From: Acidimicrobiia bacterium
Lineage (GTDB): Bacteria > Actinomycetota > Acidimicrobiia > Spongiisociales > Spongiisociaceae
Reading direction: 5' to 3'
Length of the DNA stretch: 64,000 nt
Assembly (NCBI GenBank): GCA_041576165.1
Contig: JBFGLM010000014.1
Location: 7,834 to 71,833 of the forward strand
Of the stretch, positions 9,773-19,799 are shown piece after piece. The notes below the pieces were generated by a model, which did not search any database, was not told the origin of the DNA, and saw only the letters and a list, made by a program, of their open reading frames with translations. Position 1 is the first letter of the stretch, and the number at the start of each line of letters is the position of its first letter. The position numbers and the translations under genes are program-made.

Positions 9773-10486
9773 GTGGGAGCGACCCCGCGACGGGTATTGC
9801 TGAAACTCTCGGGCGAAGCGTTCGCCGACCCTGAGGCCGGGTACGGGATAGATCCCAAGACGGTGCAGCGCATCGCGGGCGAAGTCGCCGAGTCAAACGA
9901 TGAGGGACACGAGATCGCCATCGTCGTCGGCGGCGGGAACATCTTCCGCGGCGTTTCATCCCAGGCGGCCGGAATGGACGCTGCGAATGCCGACTACATG
10001 GGAATGCTGGCCACGGTCATCAACGCCCTGGCCCTTCGCGACGCCATCGAGACGGCCGGCGTCCAGGCCCGGGTGCAGACAGCAATCACGATGCAGCAGC
10101 TGGCCGAGCCTTACATTCGGCTGCGCGCAATCCGGCACCTGGAGAAGCGACGGGTGGTGATCTTCGGCGCCGGCACCGGCAACCCGTTCTTCACGACGGA
10201 CACCGCCGGAGCGTTGCGAGCTATCGAGGTCGGGGCAAGTGTCCTCCTCAAGGCCACCCGGGTCGACGGCGTCTACGACGATGACCCGGAAAAGAATCCG
10301 GATGCCCAGCTGCTGGATGACGTGAAGTACATGGAGGCGATCGCCCAGGGCCTGGCGGTCATGGACTCGACCGCGCTGACCCTGTGCGCCGACAACGGCA
10401 TGCCGATCGTGGTCTTCAACCTCACCGAGCCGGGCAACATCATTCGGGCCGTACGGGGCGATCGGATCGGCACGTTGGTCCACTGA
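9773..10486 (+). CDS. pyrH: UMP kinase
   Basis: [10 protein letters not shown]...[11 protein letters not shown]...[23 protein letters not shown]; rpsB-tsf-pyrH-frr synteny. Confidence 0.95.
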   Translation: MGATPRRVLLKLSGEAFADPEAGYGIDPKTVQRIAGEVAESNDEGHEIAIVVGGGNIFRGVSSQAAGMDAANADYMGMLATVINALALRDAIETAGVQARVQTAITMQQLAEPYIRLRAIRHLEKRRVVIFGAGTGNPFFTTDTAGALRAIEVGASVLLKATRVDGVYDDDPEKNPDAQLLDDVKYMEAIAQGLAVMDSTALTLCADNGMPIVVFNLTEPGNIIRAVRGDRIGTLVH

Positions 10487-10690
10487 ATCTGCCGCAATCC
10501 TGAAGAGGCGGTCGAAGGTCGCAGATTTTCGGGATCGGCAAGTAAGGTGGCCGGAGCGATGCATGTTCGACTGCTGCGGTGCTACTGCGGCCATTCGGAC
10601 ACGATTATTCGGACGCAATTATTCGAATGATCAGTCGAGCAGTCATCCGAACAGATCCGACCGACAACCGACGGAGAGGGATCCGGCCTC

Positions 10691-11236
10691 ATGATGGACG
10701 ATCTGCTGGAAGACGCAGAGGCTCGCATGAGCCAGACGGTCGATCACGTGCAGGGGGAGTTCGCCACGGTGCGCACCGGCCGGGCAAATCCCGGCATCCT
10801 GCACCGGGTGACGGTCGACTACTACGGCACCCAGACCCCCCTCCAGCAGCTGGCCACCGTTACTGTGCCCGAGCCGCGCATGCTGGTGGTGCAGCCGTTT
10901 GATCCTGGGGCCATAACCAACATCGAGCGTGCGATCCAGACGGCGGACCTGGGCCTCAACCCTTCCAACGACGGCAAAGTGATCCGGCTCGCATTCCCCC
11001 CACTGACCGAGGAGCGTCGCAAGGATCTCATCCGGGTCGTGCGTCACATGGCTGAGGAAGGACGGGTGTCGATCCGTAACGTGCGACGCCACACACGGGA
11101 TGATCTGGAAGAGGTGGGTCAGTCCGAAGACGATGTGCGGCGGGCGGAAAAGCAACTCCAGGACCTGACCGACCAGTACATTGCCCGCATCGACGAGCTT
11201 CTCGAAAACAAGGAGCATGAGCTGCTCGAGGTGTGA
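10691..11236 (+). CDS. frr: ribosome recycling factor
   Basis: VRTGRANPGILHRVTVDYYGTQTPLQQLATVTVPEPRMLVVQPFD...IRNVRRHTRDDLE is a typical Frr sequence. Confidence 0.95.
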   Translation: MMDDLLEDAEARMSQTVDHVQGEFATVRTGRANPGILHRVTVDYYGTQTPLQQLATVTVPEPRMLVVQPFDPGAITNIERAIQTADLGLNPSNDGKVIRLAFPPLTEERRKDLIRVVRHMAEEGRVSIRNVRRHTRDDLEEVGQSEDDVRRAEKQLQDLTDQYIARIDELLENKEHELLEV

Positions 11237-12435
11237 GCGTGCAGAACGACGACGACCAGCCCAACGACAGAGACGAACCCGCGCAGACCCCGGACGAGAC
11301 GGCCGGGGACCAAGAGGGCGGTGAGGTGCTGGCGTTCCCGGGACTGGGCGTTGAGTCTCCCGACGCGGGGGACGATGGAGAACTGGGTCTGGGCGACGAG
11401 GGAGACGAGTCCGAACTCGACTCGTTCACGCACGAACACTACGTGGCCTCCACCACCCGAGAGTATCGAGGCCTGGCCGAGGCGATCGAACGGTCCGCCA
11501 GGGAAGAACACGAACAGCAGGCGGTGGCGGCCTCGATGCCGGGTGTGCAAACCGGAGTCGTCGGCTTCGAAGACGTGACCGGGGAGGAAACCCCGGACAT
11601 GGAAGCCATGCACCAGGCAGAGCGAGCCCAACGCAGCGACCTGTATCTGCGCATCGGAACTGGCCTGGGGCTGGTCGCGGTCCTGATTGGAGCGGTACTG
11701 GCCGGGGGCGGGTGGATCGCCCTGCTGCTTGCCCTCATCATCATCCTGGCGCTCGGAGAGTTCTACGCATCGGTCCGGCGGTCGGGGTTCGTACCGGTGG
11801 CCCTCTTCGGGCTGCTGGGTTCGATCGGTCTGCTCATCGGTACCTGGCGGAGCGGTCCATTCGCAATCGGTGGGTTCATCGCCGCGACCATCGTGGCGGT
11901 GACCCTGTGGTTCTCGCTGGTTCCGCGCCGGGACCCGCTGGCGAATGCGGCCGTGACCGTTCTCGGCGTGGCCTGGATCGCCGGTCTGTTGGCGTTTGCG
12001 TATCCGATCTTCCAGTCGGGCGATATGGTGAACCTGGTCCTAGTGCTGGTAATGCTGACCGCCTTGTTCGACGTGGCGTCGTTCTTCGTCGGCAAGACCG
12101 TCGGCCGGACCCAGCTCGCGCCGGTTCTATCGCCCAACAAAACCGTGGAGGGTTTGGTGGGGGCCGTCGTGCTGACGATCGCGGCTGGTGCCGGGATCGG
12201 GGCATTGGGTGTCGCCGAGCCCTTCACCATCCGGTCCGGCATCGTTTTGGGGCTGGCCGTGAGCGTGTTTGCCCCCCTCGGGGACCTCGCCGAGTCAACC
12301 GTCAAGCGGCAGCTGGGAGTCAAGGACATGGGATCGATCCTGCCCGGCCACGGCGGCATGCTCGACCGGGTTGATGGCTTCATCTTCTCAGTGCCGGCCG
12401 CCTATCTCGTTTACCTCTGGTTCGGCTGGCTGTGA
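11233..12435 (+). CDS. cdsA: phosphatidate cytidylyltransferase with ~130-aa acidic N-terminal extension
   Basis: GTGA overlap with frr. C-terminal signature SPNKTVEGLVG...GDLAESTVKRQLGVKDMGSILPGHGGMLDRVDG. The N-terminal 130 aa are D/E-rich with no TM segment. Confidence 0.85.
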   Translation: MSVQNDDDQPNDRDEPAQTPDETAGDQEGGEVLAFPGLGVESPDAGDDGELGLGDEGDESELDSFTHEHYVASTTREYRGLAEAIERSAREEHEQQAVAASMPGVQTGVVGFEDVTGEETPDMEAMHQAERAQRSDLYLRIGTGLGLVAVLIGAVLAGGGWIALLLALIIILALGEFYASVRRSGFVPVALFGLLGSIGLLIGTWRSGPFAIGGFIAATIVAVTLWFSLVPRRDPLANAAVTVLGVAWIAGLLAFAYPIFQSGDMVNLVLVLVMLTALFDVASFFVGKTVGRTQLAPVLSPNKTVEGLVGAVVLTIAAGAGIGALGVAEPFTIRSGIVLGLAVSVFAPLGDLAESTVKRQLGVKDMGSILPGHGGMLDRVDGFIFSVPAAYLVYLWFGWL

Positions 12436-13547
12436 CACCGATCGTCGTCCTCGGGGCGACGGGTTCCATCGGCCGCCAGACCCTCGACGTGGCTGCCCGG
12501 CTCGAGATCCCGGTTGTGGCACTCGCCGCCCGCCACCTGAGCGACGATCTACTCGACCTGGCCGCACGCTTTCCAGACGCCGACCTCATAGTCGCCGAGG
12601 GTCCGGCCCGCGATGCGGGCCGGAGCCTGCAGGTTGGTCCCGAAGCGATCATCGCCGCCGCCGCTCGTCCAGCGGTGACGGTCGTGAACGGCATCGTGGG
12701 GGCGGCGGGGTTGCGGGCATCGCTCGCCGCGCTGGAGACGAGCAACCGGCTGGCCCTGGCCAACAAGGAGTCGATGGTCGCGGCCGGGCCGCTCATGTTG
12801 GCCGCCGCCGCTCGTCACGGCGGGATGCTGGTGCCCGTCGACTCGGAGCATTCGGCTCTCTTTCAGTGTCTCATTGGTGAAGACACGTCGCAGGTCCGTC
12901 GCGTGATCCTGACCGCATCGGGAGGGCCATTCCGCGAAGCGTCCCGCGACCAGCTGGCAAGCGTCACCCCGCAACAGGCGCTCAGGCATCCCACGTGGAA
13001 TATGGGCGCCCGGATAACAATCGATTCAGCCACTCTGTTCAACAAGGGTCTCGAGGTCATCGAGGCTCACCACCTGTTCGGGCTGTCGTACGACGCCATA
13101 GACGTCATCGTGCATCCTCAGAGCGTTGTCCACTCGCTGGTGGAGTTCTGCGACGGGAGCCTCAAAGCGCATCTGGGTGAGCCGGACATGCGGGTTCCGA
13201 TCCAATATGCACTCACCTATCCGGGGCGGGCGCCGGGAGCGCTGGAACCATTCGACTTGGTGGGGCGTGCGTTGACCTTCGAAGCGCCCGACCGGGGAAT
13301 GTTCCGGGCGCTGGATGTGGCGTACGCAGCCGGGCGTCGCGGGGGCACCGCCCCGGCGGTGCTGAATGCGGCCGATGAAGTGGCAGTGGCTGCGTTTCTC
13401 GCGGGCAAGATCGCATTTCTCGCCATCGCCGACGTCATCGAGGAAACGCTCGATCGCCACGCCTGGTCCGAGGTCACTGCGCTGGAGCACGTGATCGCGG
13501 CCGACCAGGAAGCTCGGGAAATCGCTGAAGAAGTCGTTTCGCGCTAA
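12432..13547 (+). CDS. dxr: 1-deoxy-D-xylulose-5-phosphate reductoisomerase
   Basis: VVLGATGSIGRQTLDV (NADPH site), LANKESMV, VDSEHSALFQCL, HPTWNMGARITIDSATLFNKGLEVIEAH. Confidence 0.95.
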   Translation: MTPIVVLGATGSIGRQTLDVAARLEIPVVALAARHLSDDLLDLAARFPDADLIVAEGPARDAGRSLQVGPEAIIAAAARPAVTVVNGIVGAAGLRASLAALETSNRLALANKESMVAAGPLMLAAAARHGGMLVPVDSEHSALFQCLIGEDTSQVRRVILTASGGPFREASRDQLASVTPQQALRHPTWNMGARITIDSATLFNKGLEVIEAHHLFGLSYDAIDVIVHPQSVVHSLVEFCDGSLKAHLGEPDMRVPIQYALTYPGRAPGALEPFDLVGRALTFEAPDRGMFRALDVAYAAGRRGGTAPAVLNAADEVAVAAFLAGKIAFLAIADVIEETLDRHAWSEVTALEHVIAADQEAREIAEEVVSR

Positions 13548-13591
13548 ACGGCGGCAGCCGATAACCTTGGTCAGTACGTTCTGGAGGTCCC

Positions 13592-14704
13592 GTGCTCGGC
13601 GGACTCGCAATGGTGGTAGCCATCGCCCTGTTCATCATGGTGCATGAAGCAGGTCACTTCTTGGCGGCCAAGGCCACCGGCATGAAGGCCACCGAGTTCT
13701 TCCTGGGGTTTGGTCCCAAGATCTGGTCGTTTCAGCGGGGCGAAACCGAGTATGGGGTCAAGGCGATCCCGTTCGGGGGCTACGTCCGCATACTTGGTAT
13801 GAACCCCTATGAGGAGATCGACCCGGCCGATGTCGGGCGTACCTACCGCGAGAAGAAGTTCTGGCAAAAGACCGTGGTGGTCTTGTCCGGGGTTGCGCTC
13901 AACTTCGCCATGGCCTACATCATCCTCTTCGGGCTGGCGTGGTACACCGGCGTCCGTGAAGTCACGACGACGATCGATGAAGTAACGACAACAATCACCG
14001 ACACCGACATCACCAGCCCTGCCTCGCTCGCCGGGCTGCGGGTTGGAGATCAGCTGGTCGCCATCGACGGAATCGAGGTGGAGGGCTGGCTCCAAGCCAC
14101 CGAGCTCATTGCCGCTCGTCCCGGCCGGACTGTGGATCTCGAGATCATCCGCGACGGCGCCACCCGCGTGCTGACGGCTGCGCTGGGTGAGGTCGATCGA
14201 GGTGATGGCGAGATCGTTGGTTTCCTGGGTGTGCGGCCCCGCCTGATCACCAACTCAATTGGGCCGCTCACGGCCGGCCGGGTGGCCGCGGACGAGTTCG
14301 TCTTCCTCGTCCAGCAATCGGTCATCAGCATCGGCCGGCTGATCAGCCCTTCGTCGCTGGCCGAGCTGAGTGGGGCGCTGTTTGGCGACACCGAGGTTCC
14401 CGACGAGATCCGGCCGGTCAGTCCAATCGGCCTGGTGCAACTGGGGTCTCAAGCCGAGCGGGTTGGGGTCGGCAACCTCTTCTTCATCCTGGCATCCGTG
14501 AACATCATTCTTGGGCTGTTCAACTCGATCCCGCTGTACCCGCTCGACGGCGGGCATTTCGCAGTCGCCGTGTATGAGCGGCTCACCCACCGCGAAGCGG
14601 ACGTACGGCGACTGGCGCCGATCGCAGCCGCCGTCATCGCGCTGATGGTCTTCCTGGGGCTGGTGGCGATCGTTCTGGACGTGGCCAACCCGATCGCGCT
14701 GTGA
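13592..14704 (+). CDS. rseP: M50 site-2 protease (RseP/Rip1-type) with PDZ domain
   Basis: HEAGHF zinc motif, central PDZ-like segment (PASLAGLRVGDQLVAIDG), C-terminal NSIPLYPLDGGH. Located between dxr and ispG as in mycobacteria. Confidence 0.85.
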   Translation: MLGGLAMVVAIALFIMVHEAGHFLAAKATGMKATEFFLGFGPKIWSFQRGETEYGVKAIPFGGYVRILGMNPYEEIDPADVGRTYREKKFWQKTVVVLSGVALNFAMAYIILFGLAWYTGVREVTTTIDEVTTTITDTDITSPASLAGLRVGDQLVAIDGIEVEGWLQATELIAARPGRTVDLEIIRDGATRVLTAALGEVDRGDGEIVGFLGVRPRLITNSIGPLTAGRVAADEFVFLVQQSVISIGRLISPSSLAELSGALFGDTEVPDEIRPVSPIGLVQLGSQAERVGVGNLFFILASVNIILGLFNSIPLYPLDGGHFAVAVYERLTHREADVRRLAPIAAAVIALMVFLGLVAIVLDVANPIAL

Positions 14705-14712
14705 ACGGGTGA

Positions 14713-15939
14713 GTGAAGGGGATGACGGCACAGGTCCAACCTGAGCGGCGGATCACACGCCAGGTCCACGTCGGGAAGGTGGCGGTCGGGGGTGACGCGC
14801 CCATCTCGGTGCAGTCGATGACAACCACTAAGACTGCCGACGTCGACGGCACGCTCGCCCAGGTGTACGCGCTGGCGGCGGCCGGGGCCGACATCGTTCG
14901 GATCACCTGCAACGACGTGGAAGCTGCCCAGGGTCTGGCCGAGATCGTGCCCCGATCGCCGGTCCCGATCGTGGCCGACATCCATTTTCAATACCGGCTC
15001 GCGCTGGCAGCACTAGAAGCGGGGGTCAACGGGTTGCGGCTGAACCCGGGCAACATCCGAAAGCCCGACCAGATCAAAACGGTGGCGCGCGAGGCCAAAG
15101 ATCGTGGGGTGCCGATTCGGGTTGGTGTCAACGGCGGGTCTCTCGACAAAGACCTGCTGGAGAAGCACGGGGCAGCGACGCCGGCCGCGCTGGTGGAGTC
15201 GGCGATGAAAGAGATCGGATATCTCCACGAGGTCGACTTCACCGACATCAAGATCTCGGTGAAGCATTCCCACGTTCCGTCGATGGTCGATGCCTACCGC
15301 CTGCTGGCGGAAACCGTGGACTACCCGCTACACCTTGGCGTCACCGAGGCCGGTCCGCCCCCGGGAGGGCTCATCAAGTCAGTGGCGGGGATCGGCACCC
15401 TGCTGCTCGAGGGAATCGGCGACACCATCCGCTTCTCGCTCACCGCAGATCCAGTCGAGGAAGCCAAGGCGGGTCGCCAGCTCCTCGAATACCTGGGCCT
15501 GCGTGAGCGCACCAGCCTGGACCTGATCGCGTGCCCCAGCTGCGGTCGGGCCGAAGTGGACGTGCTCGAAGTTGCGCAAGCGGCGCAGCGGCGTCTGGAA
15601 GAAGAGGAGCTCCCGATCCAGGTAGCTGTGATGGGGTGTGTTGTCAACGGCCCAGGCGAAGCCCGGGAAGCCGACATCGGGATCGCAGCCGGTCGTGGCA
15701 AAGGTCACCTCTTCATCAAGGGCCAGGTCGTGCGGGTGGTGCATGAAGACGAGATGGTGGATGCGCTGGTCCACGAGGCCCGGCTCTTGAGCGAACAAGG
15801 TGTGGAAGCCCGATTGGCCGCGGCCGATGACGACGCCGCCGCGATCGCGGAAGCTGCCCGCACCGAGCTGATCCAAATCCAGGGTGACGCAAACGACGCA
15901 GTCGCCCGCCGCCGGGCGGTAGCCGACGTGGCGAAGTAG
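14713..15939 (+). CDS. ispG: 4-hydroxy-3-methylbut-2-en-1-yl diphosphate synthase
   Basis: RRITRQVHVGKVAVGGDAPISVQSMTTTKTADV...CPSCGRAEVD...VMGCVVNGPGEA. Alternative ATG start at 14722. Confidence 0.95.
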   Translation: MKGMTAQVQPERRITRQVHVGKVAVGGDAPISVQSMTTTKTADVDGTLAQVYALAAAGADIVRITCNDVEAAQGLAEIVPRSPVPIVADIHFQYRLALAALEAGVNGLRLNPGNIRKPDQIKTVAREAKDRGVPIRVGVNGGSLDKDLLEKHGAATPAALVESAMKEIGYLHEVDFTDIKISVKHSHVPSMVDAYRLLAETVDYPLHLGVTEAGPPPGGLIKSVAGIGTLLLEGIGDTIRFSLTADPVEEAKAGRQLLEYLGLRERTSLDLIACPSCGRAEVDVLEVAQAAQRRLEEEELPIQVAVMGCVVNGPGEAREADIGIAAGRGKGHLFIKGQVVRVVHEDEMVDALVHEARLLSEQGVEARLAAADDDAAAIAEAARTELIQIQGDANDAVARRRAVADVAK

Positions 15940-16041
15940 GCCGCAGCGAAATCTCCGGCCGGGGGGACCGACATCTGACCAACCCTGGCCGACACGGCCG
16001 GATTCGGGCTGTATCCTCCCGCTCCCGATCAAGGACGAGCG

Positions 16042-17748
16042 TTGCGCTGGTCTCAAGCGTTCATACCGACATTGCGGGCGGATCCGGCCGACGCCGAAGC
16101 CGCCAGTCACAAGCTGCTGGTTCGAGGCGGCTTCATCCGCCAATTGATGGCTGGTTCTTATTCGTTGTTGCCGCTCGGGATGCGGGTGGCAACGAAGGTC
16201 TCCGACATCATTCGCGCAGAAATGAACGCCATCGGCGGTCAGGAGTTCCTGTTGCCGGTCGTCCACCCGGGCGAAGTGTGGAAGAAGAGCGGCCGGTGGG
16301 ACAACGTCGAGGGAATCCTCGTGAAGTTCAGGGATCGCAAGGACACGGACCTGTTGCTCGCCATGACCCACGAAGAGATCTTTGCGCTGCTTGCGTCGGA
16401 AATGAGCTCATACCGCGATCTGCCTCAGCTCTGGTACCACCTTCAGACCAAGTTTCGCGACGAACCGCGGCCCAAGGCCGGCCTCCTGCGGGTCCGGGAG
16501 TTCACGATGAAGGACTCGTACTCGTTCGACATCGACAATGCCGGCCTGGACCGCCAGTTCGAGCTGCACCGCGGGGCCTACACGCAAATCTTCTCACGGT
16601 TCGGTCTGGAGACGATCCCGGTTGAGGCCAGCTCCGGATCGATGGGCGGCTCCGAATCCGTCGAATTCATGATCAGATCTGAGGCCGGTGAGGACCTCAT
16701 CGCAGTCTGCTCGGCCTGTGCGTACGCTGCCAACATCGAACGCGCCACCTCGCCGTCCAGCCTCGTCGAGGATGGTCCCGGCCGTGACGCGCCCGAACGC
16801 TTCCCGACACCCGGTATTCGCACCATCGCCGCGCTGGCTGAGCTGGGCGATTTCTCCGCCGCAGAACGGCAGATCAAGACACTGGCCTACATCATCGGGA
16901 GCCGGCTGACACTGGTCCTGCTGCGGGGCGATCACCAACTTCAAGAGCAGAAGCTCATGGACGGCAGCGGCGGGGCCGAGGTGCGTCCCGCCCATGAAGA
17001 CGAGATCGTCGCCGCCCTGGGTGCCCACCCCGGCAGCCTCGGTGCGGTCGGCGTGGAGCTTCCCGTTGTTGCGGACCCTGCTTTGCAGGGCCGGCGCGAC
17101 ATGGTGACCGGAGCGAACGAAGACGACTGGCATTTGCGGGGCGTCGATGTCGGACGGGACCTCAAGGTCGACCAATGGTTGGAGATGCGGTCGGTCGAGG
17201 CGGGCGATCCCTGCCCCGAATGTGACGGCACCCTGTCGATCGACCGCACCATCGAGGTCGGGCATATCTTCAAACTGGGCACGTTATACAGCAAGGCGCT
17301 GGGGGCGACCGTGCTCGACGAGGAGGGGGTGGAGCGAACCATCGTGATGGGCAGCTATGGGATCGGCGTGGGACGGGCCGTGGCTGCGATCGTTGAAACC
17401 CACCACGATGAAGCCGGCATCATGTGGCCGGTGTCGGTCGCACCATACGAGGTGGTTTTGACGGTTTTGCGCCCAGGTGATGACGAGCCGGCGAAAGCAG
17501 GAGCCTCGCTCTACGAACAGCTACGAGCAGCCGGTATCGACGTGTTGCTCGACGATCGTGATGAGCGACCTGGGGTCAAGTTTGCCGATGCCGAACTGAT
17601 CGGAGTGCCATGGAGGGTGACGATCGGGCCCCGGGGGTTGGAAAGCGGGGTCGTCGAGCTGGTCGAGCGTGCCACCGGACACAAGGACGAAGTCGCTCTC
17701 GATGACATCGTGCCCCGGCTCGTAGAGCACGTCACGTCGGCCCGATGA
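16042..17748 (+). CDS. proS: proline--tRNA ligase (bacterial type with editing insertion)
   Basis: TTG start. FIPTLRADPADAEAASHKLLVRGGFIRQL, class II motifs FRDEPRPKAGLLRVREFTMKDSYSF and GSYGIGVGR. Length 568 aa. Confidence 0.95.
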   Translation: MRWSQAFIPTLRADPADAEAASHKLLVRGGFIRQLMAGSYSLLPLGMRVATKVSDIIRAEMNAIGGQEFLLPVVHPGEVWKKSGRWDNVEGILVKFRDRKDTDLLLAMTHEEIFALLASEMSSYRDLPQLWYHLQTKFRDEPRPKAGLLRVREFTMKDSYSFDIDNAGLDRQFELHRGAYTQIFSRFGLETIPVEASSGSMGGSESVEFMIRSEAGEDLIAVCSACAYAANIERATSPSSLVEDGPGRDAPERFPTPGIRTIAALAELGDFSAAERQIKTLAYIIGSRLTLVLLRGDHQLQEQKLMDGSGGAEVRPAHEDEIVAALGAHPGSLGAVGVELPVVADPALQGRRDMVTGANEDDWHLRGVDVGRDLKVDQWLEMRSVEAGDPCPECDGTLSIDRTIEVGHIFKLGTLYSKALGATVLDEEGVERTIVMGSYGIGVGRAVAAIVETHHDEAGIMWPVSVAPYEVVLTVLRPGDDEPAKAGASLYEQLRAAGIDVLLDDRDERPGVKFADAELIGVPWRVTIGPRGLESGVVELVERATGHKDEVALDDIVPRLVEHVTSAR

Positions 17749-17833
17749 GTGCGTTCGGGCGCCGAGAACGGCGGCTAGGTGTCAGGGACTGTTTGCTATA
17801 GTCACTGGCTGACAACGGACGCTACGCACTGGA

Positions 17834-17858
17834 AGTGGGCGCCCAGCCCACTTTTTTG
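17834..17858 (+). terminator. intrinsic terminator after proS
   Basis: agtgggc-gccca-gcccact stem-loop (7 bp) followed by tttttt. Confidence 0.8.
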
Positions 17859-17925
17859 TTGTGCAATGCCCGGCCGCTGCGGCGGTGCCGTTGTGAGGTG
17901 CAGTGAACACGATTAACGACGAGAC

Positions 17926-18429
17926 ATGGTGGACATCGCGTTGGGAAACGAGACCGAGCAGCTGTGGGACCTCCTCGCAGGTTATCTCGGCGCGGAAGCG
18001 CTCGAACTCGACGATCTGGAGGTCGCAGGAAGCGGCAGGGGACGGGTCATCCGTGTGGTGGTGGACACCGATGGTGGTGTCGACATCGATCGGCTTGCCG
18101 AGACCTCCCGAGCGCTGTCGCGGTTGTTGGATGCAAACGATCCCTTCGAAGGCTCCTACACGCTAGAGGTCACGTCTCCCGGCCTGGAGCGCAAGCTACG
18201 CCGACCACGCCATTTCGAGAAGTCGATCGGACGGTCCGTGACGATCAAGACCAGCCAGGAGATCGACGGGACTCGCCGTCACGACGGCGACCTCGAGTCG
18301 GTCGACGGGCGCGGGGTGGTGATCCAGACCGCGAGCGGCGAGCGGCGGATCGATTTCGACGACATCGCGTCCGCCCGCACGGTGTTCGAGTGGCAGCGCA
18401 ACCCAAAGCCTGGCAAGAAATCGGGGTGA
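17926..18429 (+). CDS. rimP: ribosome maturation factor RimP
   Basis: LELDDLEV...RVIRVVVD...YTLEVTSPGLERKLRRPRHFEKSIGRSVTIK; precedes nusA-infB. Confidence 0.9.
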   Translation: MVDIALGNETEQLWDLLAGYLGAEALELDDLEVAGSGRGRVIRVVVDTDGGVDIDRLAETSRALSRLLDANDPFEGSYTLEVTSPGLERKLRRPRHFEKSIGRSVTIKTSQEIDGTRRHDGDLESVDGRGVVIQTASGERRIDFDDIASARTVFEWQRNPKPGKKSG

Positions 18430-18433
18430 AGCC

Positions 18434-19750
18434 ATGAGGATCGACGAACAGGTGATGGAGGCGCTCGAGATGCTCGAGCGCGAACGCGGGATACCGGTCG
18501 ACACGATTCTCGATGCGCTTGCCAACGCCCTTGTCTCCGCTTACAAACGCAGCCCCGGCGCAGCCGAGGAGGCGCGAGTGACGATCGATGCGGACTCTGG
18601 TGAGATCGTCGTGTACGCCCAGGAACTGGACGAAGACGGCAACGTCGTCAAAGAGTGGGAGGACACTCCTGGCGATTTCGGTCGTATTGCCGCGCAGACG
18701 GCCAAGCAGGTCATCGCCCAGCGTCTGCGGGAGGCGAAACGCGACCAGGTTTTCGATCTGTATGAAGGCCGCGAAGGTGATCTGGTGACAGGTCTGGTGC
18801 AGCAGCACGACCACCGATACACGATCCTCGACCTCGGCAACGCCGAGGCGATGATGCCTGGGTCGGAACGAATCCCGTACGAACGTTTGGATCGGGGCGC
18901 CCGCGTCAAGGCGCTGATTCTCGAGGTGCGCGGCGAGGTGAAAGGTCCCCAGATCGTGGTGAGTCGGAGTCATCCCGATTTCGTACGACGCCTGCTCGAG
19001 CTGGAGGTCCCCGAGTTACTGGACCGCACCGTGGAGATCAAAGCCATTGCCCGTGAACCCGGGCACCGCACGAAGATCGCAGTTGCGTCGAACGACCCGA
19101 ACGTCGATCCGAAGGGCGCATGCGTGGGTGCCCGAGGCGCTCGGGTCCGCCAGGTCGTCAACGAGCTCCGGGGTGAGAAGGTCGACGTCGTCCAATGGCG
19201 CGAGGAACGGGAGCAGTTCATTGCTGAGGCGCTCGGCCCGGCAAAGGTGCGGGAGGTCGTCATCGACGACGAGCTGGAGACGGCCACGGTGACGGTCAGC
19301 GATCACCAGCTGTCTCTCGCCATCGGCAAAGAGGGCCAGAACGCGCGCCTCGCCGCCCGCCTCACCGGCTATCGCATCGACATTCGCTCCGACGCTATGG
19401 AGGCAACCGGCCCTGAGGCCGCGCCGGCAGCTGGTGCGAGCGCCGGGCGCGTGGCGCCGGCGGGAGATCAGCCGGAACAGGCGGCGACCGACGCGTCCCC
19501 GACGGAGCCAGTCGAGGACGCCGGTGCGGAGGATGTCGCGGCCGCCGAAGATTCGGCGGCGGTGGAGGGTGTGGTGGCTGCCGATTCGGCGGCGGTTGAG
19601 GGTGTGGCGGTTGCAGATGCGGCGGCGGCGGGTGTGGCGGTTGCAGACGCATCTGCCGACGACGCGCCGCCGGCGGATGAAGTTGCGACCCGCGACGGCG
19701 AAGATGTGGCCGAATCCTCCGACGCTGGAGAAAGTGACGAAGAAGAGTGA
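18434..19750 (+). CDS. nusA: transcription termination/antitermination factor NusA with Ala/Asp/Glu-rich repetitive tail
   Basis: N-terminal LEMLERERGIPVDTILDALANALVSAYKR, S1 domain and KH domains (GACVGARGARVRQVVNEL...LSLAIGKEGQNARLAARLTGYRIDIRS), then ~105 aa of low-complexity tail. Confidence 0.95.
   Translation: MRIDEQVMEALEMLERERGIPVDTILDALANALVSAYKRSPGAAEEARVTIDADSGEIVVYAQELDEDGNVVKEWEDTPGDFGRIAAQTAKQVIAQRLREAKRDQVFDLYEGREGDLVTGLVQQHDHRYTILDLGNAEAMMPGSERIPYERLDRGARVKALILEVRGEVKGPQIVVSRSHPDFVRRLLELEVPELLDRTVEIKAIAREPGHRTKIAVASNDPNVDPKGACVGARGARVRQVVNELRGEKVDVVQWREEREQFIAEALGPAKVREVVIDDELETATVTVSDHQLSLAIGKEGQNARLAARLTGYRIDIRSDAMEATGPEAAPAAGASAGRVAPAGDQPEQAATDASPTEPVEDAGAEDVAAAEDSAAVEGVVAADSAAVEGVAVADAAAAGVAVADASADDAPPADEVATRDGEDVAESSDAGESDEEE
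19550..19645 (+). repeat. imperfect 33-nt tandem repeat (about 3 copies) inside the nusA tail
   Basis: gattcggcggcggtggagggtgtggtggctgcc / gattcggcggcggttgagggtgtggcggttgca / gatgcggcggcggcgggtgtggcggttgca, encoding DSAAVEGVVAA / DSAAVEGVAVA / DAAAAGVAVA. Confidence 0.6.
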
Positions 19751-19799
19751 CGGCGCCCGGCGGCGGGGACCGCCGGCGCAAGAGTGACCTGAGGAAGTC

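Noticed and set aside
10590-10650. Short direct repeats (attattcg x3) in the 204-nt pyrH-frr spacer
   Set aside because: They are very short and degenerate. They could be a binding site, but there is nothing to support a specific call.
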